NCBI RefSeq assembly: GCF_036321535.1
Contig: NC_087438.1
Location: forward strand, 5,768,001 to 5,832,000
Length of the DNA stretch: 64,000 nt
Direction of reading: 5' to 3'
From: Camelus dromedarius
Taxonomy: Eukaryota
In this document: piece by piece, positions 63,778 through 64,000 of the stretch
How the letters are laid out: each line of letters begins with the position of its first letter
Numbering within the stretch: position 1 is the first letter of the stretch
Translations under genes and position numbers: made by a program
Notes under the pieces: generated by a model
Seen by the model: the letters and a program-made list of their open reading frames with translations, nothing else
What the model was told of the DNA's origin: nothing
Databases searched by the model: none

Positions 63778-64000
63778 CTGGAGAACATAGTGAAGAAAGA
63801 AAGGGCTAAGTCATTTTGGTTTACTTATCAGTTGTAATATATGCCTAGTAAACTTATTAGTAAATCTGTAGTTCTTGTGCTTTAGAATATTAATCAATTA
63901 TCAAATATCTGGCTGCAGCATTTTTGTAAGAGGCTTCCTCAGTAAAGTGCCCTTTGAAGTGATATCACTTGATATAGCATTAATACAACTTAATTAAAAG

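Noticed and set aside
1..64000. tRNA, rRNA, snRNA, CRISPR array, processed pseudogene, ERV gag/pol/env or non-retroviral endogenous viral element
   Set aside because: None recognised by eye in the sequence or ORF track; heavily decayed copies could be missed without a search.

Overview
Mammalian (eutherian) genomic DNA: AT-rich, CpG-depleted, mostly intronic/intergenic and dense in interspersed repeats (L1 of several ages, L2, MIR, MaLR/ERVL LTRs, ERV1-type solo LTRs, MER5-type and Tigger-type DNA transposon remnants). The youngest L1 3' ends look like the camelid (alpaca/camel) L1 family as I recall it. I saw no Alu, B1/B2, Bov-tA/BovB, PRE-1, Can-SINE or ERE SINEs, so a camelid or related laurasiatherian source is likely (inference). 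No complete protein-coding gene can be recognised, and the supplied ORFs are either L1 ORF2 remnants or chance ORFs. The best gene evidence is a minus-strand terminal-exon candidate with a long 3'UTR-like tract at the right end (about 62.2-63.8 kb). A few weak minus-strand exon candidates lie at the left end and at 14.7 kb; I cannot name either gene. The most interesting non-coding signals are a composite GAS+IRF (interferon-response-like) motif cluster with a GC box at about 37.1-37.3 kb, three clustered ERV solo LTRs (one with a perfect TTCCCGGAA GAS site), a CRE-containing CpG patch at 21.2 kb, an inverted pair of young L1 3' ends and two perfect palindromes. I found no evidence of a novel multi-gene system. 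Repeat subfamily names come from recalled consensus similarity, not a database search, and most boundaries are approximate.
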